Source: Bacteroidales bacterium | GTDB taxonomy: Bacteria > Bacteroidota > Bacteroidia > Bacteroidales > GCA-2748055 | Assembly (NCBI GenBank): GCA_030673645.1 | Contig: DAOVIO010000004.1 | Location: 4,641-68,640, forward strand | Reading direction: 5' to 3' | DNA length: 64,000 nucleotides | In this document: positions 58,951-64,000 of the stretch, in pieces | How positions within the stretch are numbered: position 1 is the stretch's first letter | Layout: every line of letters begins with the position of its first letter | Made by a program: the position numbers and the translations under genes | Notes under the pieces: model-generated | The model's database searches: none | The model's input: the letters and a program-made list of their open reading frames with translations, nothing else | Told to the model about the DNA's origin: nothing

Positions 58951-60324
58951 ATGAATTTTAAAATACGAATTCTGCTGATTATTTTATTATCATTCAGCAT
59001 ATCAGGAGTATCTTATTCTCAGGAGGCCTGGTCATTACAAAAATGTGTCGATTATGCTCTTGAAAACAATATTCAGATTAAGCAATCTAAATTGAACACA
59101 GAGTATAACGAAAACTTGCTTAAACAGTCACAATCAGATCTTCTTCCAAATTTAAACGCTTCTATAGGTCATGGTATTTCATTTGGTCAAGCTCTGGATC
59201 CAACAACCTACGAATTCACTGAGGACCAAACGATTAATTCTATTAATCCAGGCATCAATTCAAGGCTTACTGTATTCAATGGATTCCAATTGAGGAATAC
59301 TATAGATCGAAATCGTTTTAATTTACTCTCTTCCATTCAGGATCTTGAGAAGATAAAAAATGATATTTCGCTCAATATTGCCGGCCAGTATTTGCAGATT
59401 TTATTCAATGAAGAGCTCTTAAATATTGCAAAAGAACAGCTCGAAGTTACATCTGCTCAGGTTGATAGAACTTCAATCCTGGTTGCAGCTGGTAGTGTAG
59501 CAAGGGGAGATTTATTAGAAATTCAGGCTCAGGAAGCTGCCGATGAGCTTACTGTGATTACTACAGAGAGCAATCTTGAAATGTCTTATCTTACTCTTTC
59601 TCAATTACTCGAACTGGAATCTGTTGAGAATTTCAATATTATAATTCCTGAAATAACTGATATTTCCGAGGATAATTTATTGGAAACAGTCGATCAAATA
59701 TTTCCCGAGGCTCTCCAAATACTTCCTCAGATTAAAGCCGCTGATAATAGACAAAAGAGTGCTGAAAAAGACCTCGATATTGCAAAAGGGAGTAGAATGC
59801 CAAGATTAAGCATTTCTACTTCTTATGGCTCAGGTTTTTCCGACAGTCGCCAACGTATGATTCTTCCGGGTCCTGTTTATGAAGCCTATCCTTTAATGGA
59901 TCAATTATCTGATTACCGGAGTCTGAGTTTATATTCAACATTAAGTATCCCTATATTTAATAATTTTGCAGCAAAAAACGGAATTAAAAATGCCCGGCTG
60001 AATGTTGATAATTCTAATCTTGAAGTAGAGAATCAAAAAAACATTCTCTACAAAGAAATTCAACAGGCATACGCTGATGCATTTGCAGCTTTAAAGCAAT
60101 TCAGAGCTTCCGAAAAAGCTTTAGTTTCAATGGAAGAAGCTTTTAAATATACTCGTGAAAAATATGAGGTAGGACTTCTAAATGCTGTTGATTTTAATAT
60201 TGCACAAAGCCAGCTGGTTCTGACCCGTTCGGAATTACTACAGGCAAAATACGATTATATATTCAAAACAAGTATTTTAAGTTTTTACAGAGGTAAGCCA
60301 CTGAGTATCTCACAAAATAATTAA
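58951..60324 (+). CDS. TolC-family outer-membrane protein
   Basis: WSL..C..YALENN, LP.LNAS, LSIPIFN, AKYDY. Confidence 0.92.
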   Translation: MNFKIRILLIILLSFSISGVSYSQEAWSLQKCVDYALENNIQIKQSKLNTEYNENLLKQSQSDLLPNLNASIGHGISFGQALDPTTYEFTEDQTINSINPGINSRLTVFNGFQLRNTIDRNRFNLLSSIQDLEKIKNDISLNIAGQYLQILFNEELLNIAKEQLEVTSAQVDRTSILVAAGSVARGDLLEIQAQEAADELTVITTESNLEMSYLTLSQLLELESVENFNIIIPEITDISEDNLLETVDQIFPEALQILPQIKAADNRQKSAEKDLDIAKGSRMPRLSISTSYGSGFSDSRQRMILPGPVYEAYPLMDQLSDYRSLSLYSTLSIPIFNNFAAKNGIKNARLNVDNSNLEVENQKNILYKEIQQAYADAFAALKQFRASEKALVSMEEAFKYTREKYEVGLLNAVDFNIAQSQLVLTRSELLQAKYDYIFKTSILSFYRGKPLSISQNN

Positions 60325-60343
60325 CACAAAATAATATATTCTG

Positions 60344-61654
60344 ATGAAATCAAAAAAACTGTTAAGATATCTGGGAATTGTCGTAATTCTTGCCCTCGTA
60401 GTTTTACTTATTGGCAAGAAAAAAGGGTGGTTTGGAAATGAGATAATAATACAGGTTGCAGTGGAAGAAGGTGTTTATCGTGATTTAATAGAAATTATAA
60501 CCGCCAATGGAAAAATTCAACCCGAAACGGAAGTCAGGCTAAGCCCCGATGTCTCAGGAGAAATAGTTGAACTTGCAACCAGAGAAGGAAATATTGTTAA
60601 AAAAGGTGACTTTTTGCTGAAAATTAAGCCAGATAATTATATTTCAATGAGAAATAGGTCAGAGGCAACCCTAAACAGCACTAAAGCAAGACTAACTCAG
60701 GCTAAGGCTCAATTAAATCAAGCCAGGCTTGAACATAAAAGAAAAAGCAAGCTTTGGGAACAAAAGGCCATTTCTGAGGCAGAATTTGAGCAATCTCTTA
60801 CATCTCTTAACACTTCTTTAGCCGAAAAAGAGGCCGCAGAATATTCGGTTGCCAGCGCAAACGCTTCGCTCACAGAAGCCGAGGAGAATTTAAGAAAAAC
60901 CTCAATTTATGCACCAATGGATGGAACCGTTTCTATGCTTATTGTAGAGCTGGGCGAACGAGTAGTTGGGACCGAAATGATGTCTGGAACAGAACTTTTG
61001 AGAATTGCCGATCTGAGCCGCATGGAAGTGGAAGTGGAGGTTAACGAAAACGATATTGTAAGTGTTCAACTGTATGATACAGCACTAGTTGAAGTAGACG
61101 CATACCTTGGCAGAAAGTTTAAAGGCATTGTAACTGAGATTCCTGTTTCTGCTGCAACTGCAGGACTTGCAACTGATCAAGTAACAAATTTCAATGTTAA
61201 AGTTCTTCTTTTAGCAGATGACTATTCCGATCTGGTATCCGAATCAAACCCCAATCCATTCCGTCCGGGAATGTCCGCTACAGCTGATATTCAAACCTCT
61301 CATCAATACGATGTCTTTTCAATTCCAATTCAATCTGTAACAACCAGAGTCGATACGGCTAATATAAAAGATTATATGGCGGGAGAAAATAAGGAGGATG
61401 AAGAGGCTGATAAAAGAGAAGAACTTATAGTTGCTTTTGTTGCAGTAGAAGACAGCGCTTTTATGAAGATTGTTGAGACCGGTATTCAGGATGACAGGTT
61501 TATTGAAATTACTTCCGGACTTTCTGATGGTGACAAAGTTGTTGTAGCGCCCTTTTCTGCAATTTCAAAAAAACTGGAAGATAAAAGCCTCATCGAAATA
61601 GTCGAATTTGAAGAATTATTTAAAGAAGACAAGAAAAAGAAGTCAGATAAATAA
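60344..61654 (+). CDS. Efflux periplasmic adaptor subunit (MacA-like)
   Basis: ANGKIQPE.EV..SPDVSGEI, IYAPMDGTV, FRPGMSA. Confidence 0.9.
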   Translation: MKSKKLLRYLGIVVILALVVLLIGKKKGWFGNEIIIQVAVEEGVYRDLIEIITANGKIQPETEVRLSPDVSGEIVELATREGNIVKKGDFLLKIKPDNYISMRNRSEATLNSTKARLTQAKAQLNQARLEHKRKSKLWEQKAISEAEFEQSLTSLNTSLAEKEAAEYSVASANASLTEAEENLRKTSIYAPMDGTVSMLIVELGERVVGTEMMSGTELLRIADLSRMEVEVEVNENDIVSVQLYDTALVEVDAYLGRKFKGIVTEIPVSAATAGLATDQVTNFNVKVLLLADDYSDLVSESNPNPFRPGMSATADIQTSHQYDVFSIPIQSVTTRVDTANIKDYMAGENKEDEEADKREELIVAFVAVEDSAFMKIVETGIQDDRFIEITSGLSDGDKVVVAPFSAISKKLEDKSLIEIVEFEELFKEDKKKKSDK

Positions 61655-62358
61655 TGGCCCTTATATTAAATCTTGAAACTTCAACAAAGGTTTGCTCGGT
61701 TTCTCTTTCTAAAGGTTTGGAAATTATTGGCTGGAAAGAAGACACAGAAGGAAGAAATCATGCAACTTTATTAACTGTGTTCATTGATGAAATCCTTAAG
61801 GAAAATGGCATAGTTACAGAAGATCTTGATGCTATTGCGGTAAGTAAAGGTCCGGGCTCTTATACAGGATTACGAATTGGCGTTTCTACAGCAAAAGGAA
61901 TGGCTTACGCATTATCAATTCCCCTGATCTCGATTAACACTTTAAAGATGATGGCTTCTGGTTTCCTCCAGGAAAATGAACAAATTGGTTTAGAGAATGA
62001 TATTTTGTTATGTCCAATGATTGATGCTCGCAGAATGGAAGTATATTCTGCAATATATGATACAAAATTGAATGAACTTCGAAAAGTAGAGGCTGAGATC
62101 ATTGACGAAAACTCCTATAAAGATATTATCAAAAAAAAACGCATGATTATCATTGGCGATGGAGCTGCAAAGTGTTCAGAATATTTAAAGCATCCTAAGA
62201 TAAACATTGATTCAGACTTTATGCTCTCATCAAGATTTATGGTTCCTCTTGCCTACGATAAATATGAAAAAAAGAATTTTGAAGATGTTGCATATTTTGA
62301 ACCCTTTTACCTGAAAGATTTTGTTGCAACCATTCCTAAAAAGAAACTTCTTGCATAG
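61654..62358 (+). CDS. tsaB: tRNA t6A37 biosynthesis protein TsaB
   Basis: LETST..CSV, GPGSYTGLRIG, DARRMEVY, EPFYLK. Confidence 0.96.
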   Translation: MALILNLETSTKVCSVSLSKGLEIIGWKEDTEGRNHATLLTVFIDEILKENGIVTEDLDAIAVSKGPGSYTGLRIGVSTAKGMAYALSIPLISINTLKMMASGFLQENEQIGLENDILLCPMIDARRMEVYSAIYDTKLNELRKVEAEIIDENSYKDIIKKKRMIIIGDGAAKCSEYLKHPKINIDSDFMLSSRFMVPLAYDKYEKKNFEDVAYFEPFYLKDFVATIPKKKLLA

Positions 62359-62389
62359 GCATGGAATTTGAACTATCTTGTAAAAAGAG

Positions 62390-63130
62390 ATGAGAAAAAA
62401 TCTTTTTATATTATTCCTCCTACTCATTCATTTGTCAACTCATTCACAGGATGGGAAAAATCACTTTTCCAGTGGAGAAAAACTTCGATATATAATTTAT
62501 TATGGTATTATTGATGGTGGATTTATTGAAGCGCAATTGAATATGGTGAATTTTGAAGGAAAAAAAGTATACCATAGCAAAATGCTGGGAAAAACAACCG
62601 GCATAACAGACAGATTATACAAAGTCAGAGATGAATACCAGGCATATTTTGATCCCTTAACCATTCTTCCATATAAATCTATTCGCGACATCAGTGAAGG
62701 TAGATACAAAAAATACAACGTTGTTTCATGGGATCACGATAGTTTAAGGGTCACAAATATTGATAGAGATACTTTCGAAATTACTCCTGATATGAGGGAC
62801 ATGGTTTCTGTATTTCACTTAATTCGAAATTCCGATTTTGAAAGAATGCAATACGATGATTTAATCAAGGTTAACACCTTTTTTGACAATGAACTCTTTC
62901 CTTTTGATATGCGATATCGCGGGATTGAAACTATCAAAACGCGAATGGGAAAATTCAAATGCATAAAACTCGTCCCATACGTTGAACCCGGTAGAATTTT
63001 TAATTCAGAAGATGATATGACAATATGGTTATCGGCTGATAAAAACAGAGTTCCGGTACGGGTAAAATTCGATTTGAAAGTTGGCTCGATTAAAATAGAC
63101 CTTATTGCGTATTCTGGACTAAAATATTAG
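62390..63130 (+). CDS. DUF3108-domain exported protein
   Basis: GEKLRY...YG, KVRD.Y, IW.S.DKNRVPV. Confidence 0.82.
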   Translation: MRKNLFILFLLLIHLSTHSQDGKNHFSSGEKLRYIIYYGIIDGGFIEAQLNMVNFEGKKVYHSKMLGKTTGITDRLYKVRDEYQAYFDPLTILPYKSIRDISEGRYKKYNVVSWDHDSLRVTNIDRDTFEITPDMRDMVSVFHLIRNSDFERMQYDDLIKVNTFFDNELFPFDMRYRGIETIKTRMGKFKCIKLVPYVEPGRIFNSEDDMTIWLSADKNRVPVRVKFDLKVGSIKIDLIAYSGLKY

Positions 63131-63159
63131 TTGGAGGAGATGATGGTATTTCGGCTTAT

Positions 63160-63292
63160 TTCGACTTCGCTCAATAACCGAAAGCACTCAATAACCGAAA
63201 GCACTCAATAACCAAACCTCAATAAGCAAAACCTCAATAAGCATTAAACTGTACCTTTCTAGCACACATCAGCACATCAGCACATCAGCACA
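63160..63292 (+). repeat. TTCGAC-REP remnant plus tandem repeats (CTCAATAA x5, CAGCACAT x3)
   Basis: ttcgacttcgctcaataaccgaaagca, 17-bp unit repeated then degenerating; catcagcacatcagcacatcagcac. Confidence 0.75.
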
Positions 63293-63296
63293 CCAA

Positions 63297-63866
63297 CTAC
63301 CCCTTCACTCTCTCCGAGTAACTACGATCGCGGGTGTCAACTTTAATTGTCTCACCTTGCTCTATAAAAATTGGAACCATGATTTCTGCACCTGTCTCAA
63401 GGGTTGCAGGCTTTAATGCAGTGCTTGATGATGTGTCGCCTCTAACTCCGGGTTCAGAATAAGTTATTTCCAATTCAACAAATGGGGGGAGGTCAACAGA
63501 AAGAGGAGATTCTGTATCGGCATGAAAAACAACCTCAACTTCCTGTCCTTCTTTATACAAATCTACGTTTTCAATCATGTCCTTAGAAATCATAACCTGC
63601 TCAAAAGTTTCCAGATGCATAAAATTAAAGCCTAAATCATCCTCATACAAGAATTGATAGGGTCTTCTCTCTACTCTTGCAGTATTTACTTTTACACCTG
63701 CGTTGAAAGTATTTTCAATAACTTTCCCGGTAGTTAAACTTTTAAGTTTTGTTCTGACAAAAGCCCCACCCTTGCCTGGCTTTACATGTTGAAAACTTAC
63801 GATTACAAATAGATCGTTATTATATTCCAGACATAATCCGTTTTTGAAATCAGAAGTATTTGCCAT
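63297..63866 (-). CDS. efp: Elongation factor P
   Basis: QHVKPGKGGAFVRTKLK, PGVRGDT, KPATLETG, VP.FI..GE.IKVDTR; ATG at 63866. Confidence 0.98.
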   Translation of the reverse strand: MANTSDFKNGLCLEYNNDLFVIVSFQHVKPGKGGAFVRTKLKSLTTGKVIENTFNAGVKVNTARVERRPYQFLYEDDLGFNFMHLETFEQVMISKDMIENVDLYKEGQEVEVVFHADTESPLSVDLPPFVELEITYSEPGVRGDTSSSTALKPATLETGAEIMVPIFIEQGETIKVDTRDRSYSERVKG

Positions 63867-63925
63867 AATTATTTGGTTTAAGCGTGGACAAATTAACAAA
63901 TTTATTTTATTGTTTGCAAGGAGAT

Positions 63926-64000
63926 TTCGACCCTTCGGTTAACTTCGACATGCTCAGCATAATAGCTCAATTACCGAAAACACAACCATCAGCACATTAG
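63926..64000 (+). repeat. TTCGAC...GCTCA REP-like remnants similar to 63160-63292
   Basis: ttcgacccttcgg, cttcgacatgctcagcat, ctcaattaccgaaa, catcagcacat. Confidence 0.6.

Overview
AT-rich DNA from a Bacteroidota organism (Bacteroidales/Marinilabiliales-like: TAnnTTTG promoters, Bacteroidetes-type proteins). The left part (~2.2-26.6 kb) looks like an accessory region ending at a tRNA-Asn(GTT). It holds arsenic and heavy-metal resistance genes (acr3, arsR-trx-arsF-arsG-arsP, a His-rich RND system with an RGPP leader gene), a NYN nuclease, MazEF-type and XRE/ImmA-PIN toxin-antitoxin modules, a frameshifted RadC and several gene remnants. The right part is core-like (PfkB kinase, S9 peptidases, LolA/ABC locus, PadR-PspC, tyrS, wzz, O-antigen ligase-like, tolC, tsaB, efp) with many REP-like palindromes. 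Two non-coding structures stand out. (1) A four-helix-bundle (Avd-like) gene is flanked by mirror-image arrays of a TTGGGAG core separated by variable mini-hairpin spacers. (2) A small GIY-YIG nuclease sits within tandem tRNA-Asn-derived copies in which an 18-bp palindrome replaces parts of the tRNA arms. A spacer in (1) belongs to the same palindrome family as (2). All product calls come from motif recognition by eye, not database searches.
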